A DNA stretch of 64,000 nt from a virus. This document shows positions 1 through 9,471 of this stretch, piece by piece (positions within the stretch are counted from its first letter, which is position 1; the number at the start of each line of letters is the position of its first letter). The notes below the pieces were generated by a model. That model was not told the DNA's origin and made no database searches. It saw only the letters and a program-made list of their open reading frames with translations. Location of the stretch: positions 1 through 64,000 of IMG/VR virus record IMGVR_UViG_3300042453_002958, one strand, 5' to 3'. Both the position numbers and the translations under genes were made by a program.

Positions 1-126
1 AAGTGACCGGCGTCGCTGGGACCACGATCATCTGGCACGCATACGTCGAGGCGTCGCAAATCTCAAACGACTACACGGCAAACTCTTTGTAATGCCTGCC
101 AAAAACAGGGAGGCGGCGACGCTCTG
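1..126 (+). repeat. Exact direct repeat, copy 1 (3' end of fibre gene plus 34 bp downstream)
   Basis: Identical to 36667-36792; first mismatch at 127 (a) vs 36793 (g). Confidence 0.97.
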
Positions 127-129
127 ACC

Positions 130-531
130 ATGCCGACCGACATCTTTCGCGCCGCGTCGCGGTTTCTCGAGGCCAAGCGGCACGCCGTCGCCACCAGCGA
201 AGTCGTCTACCGGCGCGACGACCGCGCCGTGTCGCTCCAGGCCACGATCGGCCGCACCGAGTACCAGCAGGACGACGGCTACGGGATCGTGACGCGGGCC
301 GAATCCCGCGACTTCCTGATCCGGGCTCTCGACCTCGCGATCGACGGCATCGTCACCCTGCCCGAGCCGGGCGACCGGATCGAGGAGCGCCAATGCGGCA
401 GCACGTTCGTCTATGAAGTGCTGCCGATCGGCGGACAGCAAGCGCACTACCGATACTCCGACCCATTCCGGCAAACGCTGCGCATCCACACCAAGCTCAT
501 CGGCGAAGAGGAGCAGCGATGCCCGCAGTGA
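130..531 (+). CDS. Head-tail adaptor/closure protein
   Basis: Size, position after head genes, 'PEPGDRIEE...YEVLP...YRYSDPFRQTLRIHTK' pattern typical of head-closure proteins. Confidence 0.65.
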   Translation: MPTDIFRAASRFLEAKRHAVATSEVVYRRDDRAVSLQATIGRTEYQQDDGYGIVTRAESRDFLIRALDLAIDGIVTLPEPGDRIEERQCGSTFVYEVLPIGGQQAHYRYSDPFRQTLRIHTKLIGEEEQRCPQ

Positions 532-947
532 TCGTCGAGCTCGCCGACGCCGTCGTCGCCGCCATCGCCGGGCAGGTGTTTTCCATGCCGCTCACGGCGT
601 CGCGAAAGTACGTCCCGCACTTCGACCTGAAAGAACTCGACGGCGTGCAGGTGACGGTCATGCCGCGATCGGTCGCGCTGACCAACGCCACGCGCAGCCG
701 CGCCGCGCACGAGGTGCTCGTCGACGTGGCCGTACAGCGGAAAGTGCCCTACGGCACCCCCGCCGACGTGGATCCGCTGATGCAGCTGGTCGAGGAAATC
801 GCCGACCACCTGACCCGATTGGGCATGCCGACCGTGCCCGCGTCGTGGGTGCGGATGGCCAACGAACCGATCTACGCCGCCGAGCACATGCGGGAAAAGC
901 GGCTTTTCACGAGCGTGCTGACGTTCACCTACCTAGTGCATCGATAA
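519..947 (+). CDS. Tail terminator/completion-like protein
   Basis: Position; homologous to 39508-39957 (MP.ASRKYVP.D..EL, DPLMQL.EEI). Confidence 0.55.
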   Translation: MPAVIVELADAVVAAIAGQVFSMPLTASRKYVPHFDLKELDGVQVTVMPRSVALTNATRSRAAHEVLVDVAVQRKVPYGTPADVDPLMQLVEEIADHLTRLGMPTVPASWVRMANEPIYAAEHMREKRLFTSVLTFTYLVHR

Positions 948-960
948 CCCGGAGGAATCC

Positions 961-1242
961 ATGTCGCCCGTCATGTCGCTATGGGAACAGATTCGGCTAC
1001 TCAACGAGTGGGCGCCGCTGCTCGGATACGGCCAGCGGTATCTGTCCGAAGTCGACCCGCACCGCCGGGTGCTGGTCGTCGTCGACGCCCTGGAGTGGCT
1101 CGCGTCGAAGACCGCGACCAAGCTCGACGACGAGCTCGTGTCGCACGTCACCGCGATCGCCAAGACGCCCGAGGGCGAGGGCTTCGTGCGGTTCCTCGTC
1201 GCCCAGGCCGACACGGTCGTCTCCGCGGAGGGCCGGGCATGA
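961..1242 (+). CDS. Hypothetical protein (protease/lysis-like cassette)
   Basis: GGAGG RBS; 'T.TKLDD' motif common in small phage proteins. Confidence 0.55.
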   Translation: MSPVMSLWEQIRLLNEWAPLLGYGQRYLSEVDPHRRVLVVVDALEWLASKTATKLDDELVSHVTAIAKTPEGEGFVRFLVAQADTVVSAEGRA

Positions 1243-1487
1243 CCCAGAATCTGCTCCAAGTGCTCGTCGGCATCGGACTCGTCGGATACGCGGTCGTGCT
1301 GCTCGCCCAGCGGGCCAAGACCCTCCGTCTGCCGTGGGGCAAGACGGCCGAGCGGGCGCCGGTCGATGACCTGCGACTCGTCATCGACCTTGCCGCACGG
1401 CTGCGCGACGCCGGCAAGACCGACGCCGTGGCGGTCTGCCAAAAGTTGCTCGACGAGCTGCTCAAGCCGGGGGTGCCCACGCCGTGA
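1239..1487 (+). CDS. Small membrane protein
   Basis: ATGA overlap; N-terminal hydrophobic helix. Confidence 0.6.
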   Translation: MTQNLLQVLVGIGLVGYAVVLLAQRAKTLRLPWGKTAERAPVDDLRLVIDLAARLRDAGKTDAVAVCQKLLDELLKPGVPTP

Positions 1488-1885
1488 AGCCGTTCGTGCT
1501 ACTCGCCGCCGGTCTGGTGCTGCTCTTCGGCGTGCCGACGCTGCCGGAGGCCGTGCTGTCGTGGAGGCCGTGGCCGACCGTGTCGCCGGCCCCGGCCACA
1601 GCGTCGACGGCCGCCGTGTACGTCTGGGAAAAGGATGACCACGGCGTGCCGCCCCACGTCACACGGGCGGTAGACCGACTCAACCGCGAGCGGCGGGTCG
1701 TCGCCACGATTTTCGAGGCCGACGCGACCGACGGGACCGGCGACGTTCCCGAGCAGTACCGCACCGCGCTCGACGCCGCCCGCAAGGCCGGTCTGCCGGC
1801 CCTCGTCGCCATGGCCGGCCAAACCGTGCTCCGCGTGACGCCGGCCCCCGCCAGCGAAGACGCCGTCATGGAGGCCGTGCCGTGA
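1484..1885 (+). CDS. Secreted/membrane-anchored protein, possibly thioredoxin-like fold
   Basis: N-terminal signal-like segment, Pro-rich linker, 'GLPALV' C-terminal motif. Confidence 0.5.
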   Translation: MKPFVLLAAGLVLLFGVPTLPEAVLSWRPWPTVSPAPATASTAAVYVWEKDDHGVPPHVTRAVDRLNRERRVVATIFEADATDGTGDVPEQYRTALDAARKAGLPALVAMAGQTVLRVTPAPASEDAVMEAVP

Positions 1886-2796
1886 ACGCGTTCGACGACA
1901 TCGACCCGCGGCTGATCGACGTGTTCCCCGTGGAGCACGACGGCTACCCCGACCACCTCGCCGCCGAGGACACTACCGACGCCCTGCGCGACGCGTGCGG
2001 CAACGCCGCTCGCGACTTCCCGGACGCGCTCTGGATCGAGCCGCGCGAGTGGGCCGACCGGGCACGCGCGAACGACGCGGCAAACGCGTGGGGTCTCAAC
2101 TACATCGACCGCTTCACGAACCAGGGGGCCGGAGGCGGCCGACCTGGCACCCATGAATGCACCTGCCACAGTCTCCGCGCCAACGCGGAGGCGGCCCGCA
2201 ACCGGGCAAGGGGCGTCAGCTACCCCGACGGGCCGCGGAAGGATGCACGCTACCCCGAGTCGGCCCTCTACGGATCGGTGTGGCTGTCGCCGCTCAGTGT
2301 CTATGCCGAAGCGAACCCCGACCAGTGGGGCGGCGCCAACGTCCGCCGCGTGCTCGAAATCGCCGCCCGCCGCGGCATGCTGCCAGAGACGATCCAGCCC
2401 CGCGACTACGGCTTCCGGCATGCGATCGCCGGCACAGCCGGCCGCGGCGGCATGAATCAGGCCAGCGGCCGCTGGCTGCGGGTGTCGAAGTTCCCGGACG
2501 GCTGGCAAGAAACGGCCGCGCACTTCCGCCCGCTGGAGGTGATCTTCCCGGAAAGCTACGAGCAGGCCGTGTGCTGCGTGCTCCACGGACTCGTCGTCAG
2601 CGTCGGCCGCAACGGCCACGCGGTGCCGTGGGCGCGGTGGAACGCCGCCAAAAAGCTGATGGCCTACCCCGACTCCTACGACATCATCCGCTACGACTCC
2701 GAGCGGACCGCCCGATCGGCATGGCGTGGATCGTTCGCCATCGTGTCGATGACCACGCCCGACGATTGGATGCACCCCGCCGGAGGCAACCCATGA
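1882..2796 (+). CDS. Papain-like (C1-type) cysteine peptidase, divergent
   Basis: NQG...ECTCH (Gln, Cys), GHAV (His), YPDSY in place of NSW; homologous to 51587-52732. Confidence 0.65.
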   Translation: MNAFDDIDPRLIDVFPVEHDGYPDHLAAEDTTDALRDACGNAARDFPDALWIEPREWADRARANDAANAWGLNYIDRFTNQGAGGGRPGTHECTCHSLRANAEAARNRARGVSYPDGPRKDARYPESALYGSVWLSPLSVYAEANPDQWGGANVRRVLEIAARRGMLPETIQPRDYGFRHAIAGTAGRGGMNQASGRWLRVSKFPDGWQETAAHFRPLEVIFPESYEQAVCCVLHGLVVSVGRNGHAVPWARWNAAKKLMAYPDSYDIIRYDSERTARSAWRGSFAIVSMTTPDDWMHPAGGNP

Positions 2797-3632
2797 GATT
2801 CTTTACCCTGCTCGCGATGCTGTTCGCCGCCACCGCCGCGGCGGCCCCGTGCTCCAACTGCGACGGCCACCGCGTCGTCGGCCCCGGCCCGGTGCTCTAC
2901 GCATGCCCGATCTGCGAAGGGACCGGCACCACGCCCGACATGCCGCCGGCCCCCGGCATCGCCGCCGCGGCCCCCGAGCCGGACCCCGAGCCGGCGATGA
3001 TGCGGGCGCTGCCCATCCAGGCCGAGCCGGCGCCGCCGGTCCGCGGCCGACCCCGGCCGGTCGTCGCCCGAATCGAGTCCGCGACCGGGCCAAGCCTGAG
3101 CTGCGGATCCGGGGTGCTGGTGGCGGCCAGCGGAACGCAGGCCATCGTGCTGACCAACTGGCACGTCGTCCGCGGGAGCCGCCACGACGTTCGCGTCTAC
3201 TGGCCGGACGGCTCCAAAAGCCCGGCCCGGGTCGTCGCGTCCGATGACGCATGGGATCTGGCGGCGCTCGTCGTCGCCCGACCGTCGGCCACGCCCGTGA
3301 CCATCGCCGCAACGGCCCCCCGGATCGGCGAGCCGCTGACCATCGCCGGCTATGGACCGCCCCCCTACCGCTACCGCGAGCAACGCGGCCCCGTCACCCA
3401 GTACGCGTCGCCCACGAACGAACACCCCGAGCAGTTCGTCGAGCTCCAGGCCACGGCGCGGCAGGGCGACTCCGGCGGCCCGATCTTCGACGCCCGGGGC
3501 GAGCTCGCCGGAGTGCTGTTCGGCACCCGCAGCGGCCACACGATCGGCCCGTGCTCCACGCGGCTGCGGGCATTCCTCGCCGCCGTCCACTGGCCCGACA
3601 CCTGCCCGGATGGGAGGTGCGCGAAGCGATGA
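2793..3632 (+). CDS. Secreted trypsin-like serine protease with N-terminal DnaJ-like Zn-finger repeats
   Basis: Signal peptide; CSNCDG/CPICEG; LTNWHVV, WDLAAL, GDSGGP catalytic triad motifs. Confidence 0.9.
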   Translation: MRFFTLLAMLFAATAAAAPCSNCDGHRVVGPGPVLYACPICEGTGTTPDMPPAPGIAAAAPEPDPEPAMMRALPIQAEPAPPVRGRPRPVVARIESATGPSLSCGSGVLVAASGTQAIVLTNWHVVRGSRHDVRVYWPDGSKSPARVVASDDAWDLAALVVARPSATPVTIAATAPRIGEPLTIAGYGPPPYRYREQRGPVTQYASPTNEHPEQFVELQATARQGDSGGPIFDARGELAGVLFGTRSGHTIGPCSTRLRAFLAAVHWPDTCPDGRCAKR

Positions 3633-3967
3633 CGCGAATGCACGAGCTCGCCGACGCCCGCGACTACGCCTGGGCCGCCCTCGCCAAGACGCCCGTGCGC
3701 CGGGCGGTGCTCGGCCGGCTGGCGTGTGACTCCATCGTCCGCGTCGCCCTCGCCGAAATGCCGGACGACGAGCAGATGGCCGCGTGCCGGCTCGAGACGG
3801 AGCCGCACCGCCGACTCGTCGCCCGGACGGCCAAGCGGGTGCGGGATCGCTACGAACAGCAATGCGGATTCGCGTTCACGACATTCCTACTGTCGTGGGC
3901 CATCTCCGCGATCGTGCAGGCGCTCGTGATCCGGTGGTGGAACAAGCGGCGGGAGGCGGACAAGTGA
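3629..3967 (+). CDS. Membrane protein with C-terminal TM helix
   Basis: ATGA overlap; resembles 53592-54005. Confidence 0.55.
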   Translation: MTRMHELADARDYAWAALAKTPVRRAVLGRLACDSIVRVALAEMPDDEQMAACRLETEPHRRLVARTAKRVRDRYEQQCGFAFTTFLLSWAISAIVQALVIRWWNKRREADK

Positions 3968-4248
3968 CGCAGCAGCAACGCGAAATATGGGAGGCCGCGA
4001 GCAAGTTCGGGGTGCCGTTCGTGGTGCTCGCGGTGCTGCTCTGGATGCTCCGCGAAGCGTCGCAAGCCATCCACGCGACCGTGCTGGTGCCGGTCGTCGA
4101 AAGCCACGTCGAGTTTCTCGACGGCATGGCCAGCACGCTCGAAGTGATCGCCGAAAGCCAGGACCGGCAAGCCGAAGCGATGCAAGAGCTGGCCGAAGGC
4201 CAGCGGGAAATCATCAACCGAATGGGCACCGCCGGGGGCCGACTGTGA
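3964..4248 (+). CDS. Holin-like single-TM coiled-coil protein
   Basis: FGVPFVVLAVLLWML TM followed by coiled coil. Confidence 0.5.
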   Translation: MTQQQREIWEAASKFGVPFVVLAVLLWMLREASQAIHATVLVPVVESHVEFLDGMASTLEVIAESQDRQAEAMQELAEGQREIINRMGTAGGRL

Positions 4249-4877
4249 TCGTCGCCGTCGAAAACAACACGAAGCGCGTTCGCGACGCGGCCCGGCGGGC
4301 CACGTTCAAGAATCTGGGCCACGCCGGCGCCGGGCTGCGGCTGGCCGCGCAGCGGCTGATCCGCACCCGGAAGGCGTCGAGCGATCCCGGGAAGCCGCCG
4401 CACACGCGGCAAGGGGCGCTCAAGCGGTCGATCCTCTACGCCGTCGAGGGCGACCATACCGTCGTCATCGGCCCGGCGGCCAGCATGATATCGGACGTGG
4501 CACGCGCTCACGAGCATGGCGGGCAACAGCGGCCACGAAGCCTCCGCGGCAAGACTCGCGAGCAGCTGCTCGCCGCCGGCACCAACTGGCGACTGCACGT
4601 CGGCGGCCACGGCCCGATCGGCGACGCCGCCGGAACCGCCTACATCAAGTTCACGAGCGAAGCGCAGGTCGAAAAAAGCGAGCGCTACATCGAAACCGCG
4701 CCCGGCGAAGCGTTCGGCAAGACCAAAAAGGCCCGCGACCAAGCCGAAAAGCGCCGCATTCGTGCCTCGCTCGCCGGCGGCATCGCCGCCACCTACCCCA
4801 AACGTCCTTTCATGGGGCCGGCCCTCATGAACAACCTCGACAGACTGCCCGCCATCTGGGCGAACAGCGTCCGCTGA
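4245..4877 (+). CDS. Neck/tail completion protein (HK97 gp10-like)
   Basis: PG.PPHT, VVIGP, HEHGG, YPKRPFMGPA motifs; homolog of 39960-40730. Confidence 0.7.
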   Translation: MIVAVENNTKRVRDAARRATFKNLGHAGAGLRLAAQRLIRTRKASSDPGKPPHTRQGALKRSILYAVEGDHTVVIGPAASMISDVARAHEHGGQQRPRSLRGKTREQLLAAGTNWRLHVGGHGPIGDAAGTAYIKFTSEAQVEKSERYIETAPGEAFGKTKKARDQAEKRRIRASLAGGIAATYPKRPFMGPALMNNLDRLPAIWANSVR

Positions 4878-4901
4878 CCCCTTTTTTTCACGGAGGATCG
4901 C

Positions 4902-5363
4902 ATGACTCGGATCGGTCTCGAATGCAAACTCTACCGAAACACGGGCACCTACGCCGTGCCGGTGTGGAACGAAATCGTCAACGCCAAGGATGTCACGGTC
5001 CCGATGACCAAGGGCGAGGCCGACACCTCGCGCCGCGGAACGGCGTGGAAGACCCGCAAGGGCACGCTCAAGGACGCAAGCATCGACTTCAAGCTGGTGC
5101 AGCTCGACGGCGACGACGACTTCACCGCGCTGCTGTCGTCCTACGTCAACAACACGCCAATCGAGCTCCTCGCGCTCAACGGCCCGATCGGTACCGCAGG
5201 CGTCCAGGGTCTGCGGGCCACTTGCGAAGTGTTCCAGTTCCAGGACAACCAAGCCCTCGAGTCCGCCGTCGAATACGACGTGAGCTGCAAGCCCACGCCC
5301 GCGACGACGGGCACCCCGGCGGTGCCGGTCGTGCCGACGTGGTTCGTCGTGGCGGGAACCTGA
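4902..5363 (+). CDS. Major tail tube protein
   Basis: GGAGG RBS; 'KDVTV...EADTSRRG' pattern; position before chaperone and tape measure. Confidence 0.75.
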   Translation: MTRIGLECKLYRNTGTYAVPVWNEIVNAKDVTVPMTKGEADTSRRGTAWKTRKGTLKDASIDFKLVQLDGDDDFTALLSSYVNNTPIELLALNGPIGTAGVQGLRATCEVFQFQDNQALESAVEYDVSCKPTPATTGTPAVPVVPTWFVVAGT

Positions 5364-5366
5364 TCC

Positions 5367-5924
5367 ATGAGCACGGAAAACACGAAGCCAACGGCCTTCA
5401 CGTTCTCCGACCATGCCGGACGCGCGTGGACGGTGTCGATCACGGTCGGCACCGTCACGCGGGTCCGGGAAATGCTCGGCGTGGACCTCATGCAGGCGAT
5501 CGAGGGCGACCTCGTGCCCAAGCTGATGCACGACCCGGTCATGCTGTGCAACGTGCTCTACTGCGCGTGCAAGCCGGAAGCGGACGCCCGCGGCCTGACC
5601 GACGTGCAGTTCGGCGAAAGCATGGGGGGCGACTCGCTGGCCGCCGGAGAGGAGGCGCTGCTCGAGGCCATCCGTTTTTTTTCCCATCCGTCCCGCCGCG
5701 ACCTGTTCTGGGCGATGGTGGCGAAGACGCGGGAACTGCGGACGCGGGCGGCGGCGATGGGCCGGAAGCGGCTGGACGATCCGCGGCTCGATCGCTACCT
5801 GACGGAGCAACTAAACGCGATGGCGACGATCGAGGGGATCGTCGTCCCCGAGTCACCGCCGACGGAGCCTGGAGACTCGTCTGGCAACTTGCCGGAATCG
5901 TCGGTGTCGACCCCCGCGGCCTGA
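5367..5924 (+). CDS. Tail assembly chaperone (G form)
   Basis: Between tube and tape measure; T8 slippery run at 5675-5682. Confidence 0.75.
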   Translation: MSTENTKPTAFTFSDHAGRAWTVSITVGTVTRVREMLGVDLMQAIEGDLVPKLMHDPVMLCNVLYCACKPEADARGLTDVQFGESMGGDSLAAGEEALLEAIRFFSHPSRRDLFWAMVAKTRELRTRAAAMGRKRLDDPRLDRYLTEQLNAMATIEGIVVPESPPTEPGDSSGNLPESSVSTPAA

Positions 5925-6208
5925 CGCTGCGGCAGTTGGTGTGGATGGCCGAAGCTCGCAGAAAGGATGAGTGGAATAGGACGGCGCGGGTGTGCAGCAC
6001 GTTGGCAAACTGCCACCGCAATGCCGAAAAGCGACCCACGCCGTTCACCGATGACGACTTCAATCCGTTCGCCGTTCCGGCTTCCCGAAAGCCGGTCCGC
6101 AAGGCTCCAATCACGGCCCTGCGGGTGATCTTCGTGGACCCAGCATCCAAGGTGGAAATATGGCATCCTCGTCCGACATCCGAGCCGGCGCAGCGTATAT
6201 CGAGCTGA
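5675..6208 (+). CDS. Tail assembly chaperone T extension, reached by predicted -1 frameshift
   Basis: -1 frame open from T8 run; encodes LAGIVGVDP..LTLRQL...FNPF, conserved with 41829-42243. Confidence 0.65.
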   Translation, partial: FFFPSVPPRPVLGDGGEDAGTADAGGGDGPEAAGRSAARSLPDGATKRDGDDRGDRRPRVTADGAWRLVWQLAGIVGVDPRGLTLRQLVWMAEARRKDEWNRTARVCSTLANCHRNAEKRPTPFTDDDFNPFAVPASRKPVRKAPITALRVIFVDPASKVEIWHPRPTSEPAQRISS

Positions 6209-7740
6209 CGCTCCGCGACCTCGCGAGCAAGGGGCTCGACGAAGCGGCCAAGCGGCTCCAGCACTTCGGCGACAGCATGGCCTGGACGGGGGCCAAGATC
6301 GCGGCGCTCGGTGCGTCCATCACCGCGCCGCTGGTCGCCATGGCGCACACGGCGGTGGATGCCATGGCCGCCATGGGCGACCAGATGGGCGGCGAGGATG
6401 CCAAGGCCGCGCGGGGGTATCTCGCGGCCATCCGCATGCTCACGACCCAACTGGGATTGTTCCGAAACGCCGTGGCCGGGGCGGTGCTGCCGGCCCTGAC
6501 CGAGCAGGCCGTCGTCCTCGGCCGGCTGGCCGCGCGGGCGGTCGAGTGGGCACGGGCCAACCGCGAGCTGATCGCCACGGTTTTCGGCGTCGGCGTCGCG
6601 ATCGTCATGGCCGGGGCCGCCATCGGGTTCCTCGGTGTCGTGATCGCCAAAGTCGGCAGCGTGCTCGCCGTGATGTCCACGGCCGTCAGCATCGCGGCCT
6701 CCGCGGTCTCGGTGCTCGGGACCGTGCTCGCAGCCATGCTCACGCCAATCGGCGCCGTCATCGCCGGGGTGCTCGCGCTCGGCGCCTACCTGCTCTACGC
6801 GTCCGGGCTCGGCGAAGCGGCCCTCGCGTGGCTCGGCGAAAAGTTCGTGGAGCTCAAAGACGAAGCGATCGCGTCGTGGGGGGCAATCGCCGACGCCCTC
6901 GCCACCGGCGACTTCGCGCTCGCCGGCAAGATCGTTTGGCTCACGCTGAAGCAGGAATGGACGAAGGGCGTGAACTGGATGAACGGCATCTGGCTCGGCG
7001 CCAAAAAGACGTTCCTCGACGTGTGGATGGCGGGATTTTTCCAAATGCAGCGCTATTGGACCGATGCGCTGGCCTACATGGAAACCAACTTCCCCGACAC
7101 CGTGAAGACGATGCGGCAGACGTGGGCGACGTTCAATAACTACATGACGCACGCGTGGAACACGTCCATCGGATTCATTCGCAAAGCGTGGGTCAACCTG
7201 AAAGCGCTGTTCGACGAAGACATCGACGTGAACGCGGAAGTCAACCGCATCAACGAAGAGCAGAACGCCGCCAACGCCCAGGCCGACGCGAAGCTCGAAG
7301 AAGACAAGCGGTTCGCCGAAGAGCGTTCCAAAATGCGGCCCGAAGAGATCGAGCGTGAGCGCCGCCGCAAGCAAGCCGACATCGACAACCGGCAAGCCGC
7401 CGACGCCGACGCCCGCCAGCAGCAGTTCGACGCCGACATGGCCGCGCTCGACGACGAGCTCGCCGCCGCCCGCGCGGAGCTCAACGCCGCCCGCAACAAA
7501 GCAAAAGACCAGCGGCAAGCCGCCGACAAGCAACGCCCGCAGCTCGAGGGGATTGGCGGCGGGCTCGGAATGGAAATGCAGCGGCTGGAAGGCCGCGGCA
7601 CGTTCAACGCCATGGCGGTGCGAGGGCTCGGGGCCAACTCGCTGGCCGAGCGGGCCGCCCGTGCCGGCGAGCAGACCGCGGAAAACACCCGGCGACTACT
7701 CGAAGCCTGGAATCGCGGCGTTCTGCCGGCCTTCAACTGA
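6160..7740 (+). CDS. Tape measure protein (526 aa)
   Basis: IRAGAAYIEL N-terminus, Ala-rich hydrophobic core, coiled coil. Confidence 0.85.
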   Translation: MASSSDIRAGAAYIELTLRDLASKGLDEAAKRLQHFGDSMAWTGAKIAALGASITAPLVAMAHTAVDAMAAMGDQMGGEDAKAARGYLAAIRMLTTQLGLFRNAVAGAVLPALTEQAVVLGRLAARAVEWARANRELIATVFGVGVAIVMAGAAIGFLGVVIAKVGSVLAVMSTAVSIAASAVSVLGTVLAAMLTPIGAVIAGVLALGAYLLYASGLGEAALAWLGEKFVELKDEAIASWGAIADALATGDFALAGKIVWLTLKQEWTKGVNWMNGIWLGAKKTFLDVWMAGFFQMQRYWTDALAYMETNFPDTVKTMRQTWATFNNYMTHAWNTSIGFIRKAWVNLKALFDEDIDVNAEVNRINEEQNAANAQADAKLEEDKRFAEERSKMRPEEIERERRRKQADIDNRQAADADARQQQFDADMAALDDELAAARAELNAARNKAKDQRQAADKQRPQLEGIGGGLGMEMQRLEGRGTFNAMAVRGLGANSLAERAARAGEQTAENTRRLLEAWNRGVLPAFN

Positions 7741-7747
7741 GGAAACC

Positions 7748-8572
7748 ATGCCCGGAACGATTATCGAGCACTTCGAGAGCGGGAAGGCCGTTTCCGGCCA
7801 GGAAGCGACGCGCGAGCTCCGCTACATCGTCACCGACGAGTCCAGCGAAACCGCGGTCGTGACGCTTGCGGCCAACACGGCCCCCGTGTCGGTCGCCGGG
7901 TTCGGCACGGGCCGGATCCTGCGACGGAAAACCATTTCTGTCACGCCCCTCGGCGGCAACGTGTGGGATGTCGTCGTGCCCTACGAGGGCGTCGACGCGG
8001 ACGAAGACGAAAGCCAGCGATCGTTCGAGACCGCCGGCGGCACGTTCCACATGACGCAGTCGATCGCGACGGTCGGCGTGTACCCGGAAGTCGAAGTGCC
8101 CTTCGCGCCCCCGCCCGACTTCAAAGGCGCCATCGGCGTCAACGGCGACAACGTCGACGGCGTCGACGTGACGATCCCGGTGTTCAACTTCACCGAGACA
8201 AAAAGGGTGCCGGCCGCCGACATGACCCGCGCGTATCAGTTCACCCTGTGCAACCTCACCGGCTGCGTCAACAGCGACGCGTTCAAGGGGTTTGCCGCCG
8301 GCGAAGTGCTGTTCCTCGGCGCAAGCGGGTCGCAAAAAGGCGTCGACGAGTGGGAAGTCGCGTTCAAGTTCGCAGCGTCGCCCAACGCGACCGACCTAAC
8401 GGTAGGTGACTTCACGGTCGACGCCAAAAAGGGGTGGGAATACCTCTGGGTGCGCTACGAAGACGCCGCCGACGATGACGCGAAAGCGCTCGTCAAGCGG
8501 CCGGTGGCGGCCTACGTCGAGCAGGTCTACCGGATCGCCGACTTCGCAGACCTGGGGATCGGCGAAGCATGA
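7748..8572 (+). CDS. Distal tail/hub-like protein
   Basis: After tape measure; GEVLFLGA and KKGWEYL shared with 44570-45514. Confidence 0.6.
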   Translation: MPGTIIEHFESGKAVSGQEATRELRYIVTDESSETAVVTLAANTAPVSVAGFGTGRILRRKTISVTPLGGNVWDVVVPYEGVDADEDESQRSFETAGGTFHMTQSIATVGVYPEVEVPFAPPPDFKGAIGVNGDNVDGVDVTIPVFNFTETKRVPAADMTRAYQFTLCNLTGCVNSDAFKGFAAGEVLFLGASGSQKGVDEWEVAFKFAASPNATDLTVGDFTVDAKKGWEYLWVRYEDAADDDAKALVKRPVAAYVEQVYRIADFADLGIGEA

Positions 8573-9471
8573 GCGGCGACTCCTACCGCCGGGTGCAATC
8601 GGGCCAGCCGCTGCGGATCGCGGCGGACGCCTGGAACGAAATGCTCCAGGTGGCCCGCGACCATCGGGCCTCGAGCGCCGTCGCCGCTGGCGGCATCGCC
8701 GGGGCCGTCCGCGACGCGGACATCGTGCTCGTGAAGAACGAAGCCGGGGCAGACGTGCCGCGGTTCGGCGTGCTTGGGATCGACGGTGTGATATTCACGG
8801 CCGCGGAAAACCTTTCGGAGTTTCAGTCGCGGATCGCGTTCCGCGGCGTGGAGCCGGCCTTGCCGGATCACCGCGGGAAGTTCGTGGTCTGCCTCGAGCC
8901 GATCGCGGACGGGAAGATCGGCCGCGCGTGGATTTCGGGGGTGTGCGCGGTTCGCGTGCAGATCAACTCCGCGACGCATCAATACTGCGACGCGATAGAC
9001 GGAGAGACGGAAAAGCTGGCGTCATCTGACAGCGGAAGCGCCCGCATCCTATACCGCGAGGGAACGGAAGGCGACGAATGGTGTGTGGTGCGACTCGGGG
9101 ACGGCGCGTCCGCGCCGGCCATGCGAATCGGCCAGTTCACGGGCGCATGGTACAACGAGCCCGGGGCGACGGGGGCCGACAACGTCAAGCTCGTCAAGTT
9201 ATACGTCCAGCCGGCAAACGCCAGCACGCCGAACGATTGGGTGCCGGAGCTTGACGCAGACGGCGAGGAAGTTCTCGCCGTCACACTCAACCTGTTTTCG
9301 TACATCCCGACGCGCAGCGGAAACGATGCGTTCCTCTGGTGCGCGGTCGTGCCGCTGTCGGATGTCTCTGGCGAATACTGGGCCGGCGGCTACGAAAACA
9401 TCGACGGCCAAGACGTGCCGATCATGCGGCCGTACTCAAAGCTGTGGCTCCTACTTTCCGCGGAGTGCTGA
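8569..9471 (+). CDS. Minor tail protein
   Basis: Homolog of 45511-46305 (GD.YR..Q.G..L.I.A..WN; C-terminal AEC). Confidence 0.6.
   Translation: MSGDSYRRVQSGQPLRIAADAWNEMLQVARDHRASSAVAAGGIAGAVRDADIVLVKNEAGADVPRFGVLGIDGVIFTAAENLSEFQSRIAFRGVEPALPDHRGKFVVCLEPIADGKIGRAWISGVCAVRVQINSATHQYCDAIDGETEKLASSDSGSARILYREGTEGDEWCVVRLGDGASAPAMRIGQFTGAWYNEPGATGADNVKLVKLYVQPANASTPNDWVPELDADGEEVLAVTLNLFSYIPTRSGNDAFLWCAVVPLSDVSGEYWAGGYENIDGQDVPIMRPYSKLWLLLSAEC

Noticed and set aside
1-126. Diversity-generating retroelement TR/VR pair at the fibre C-terminus
   Set aside because: Copies are identical with no adenine-specific mismatches; no reverse transcriptase seen
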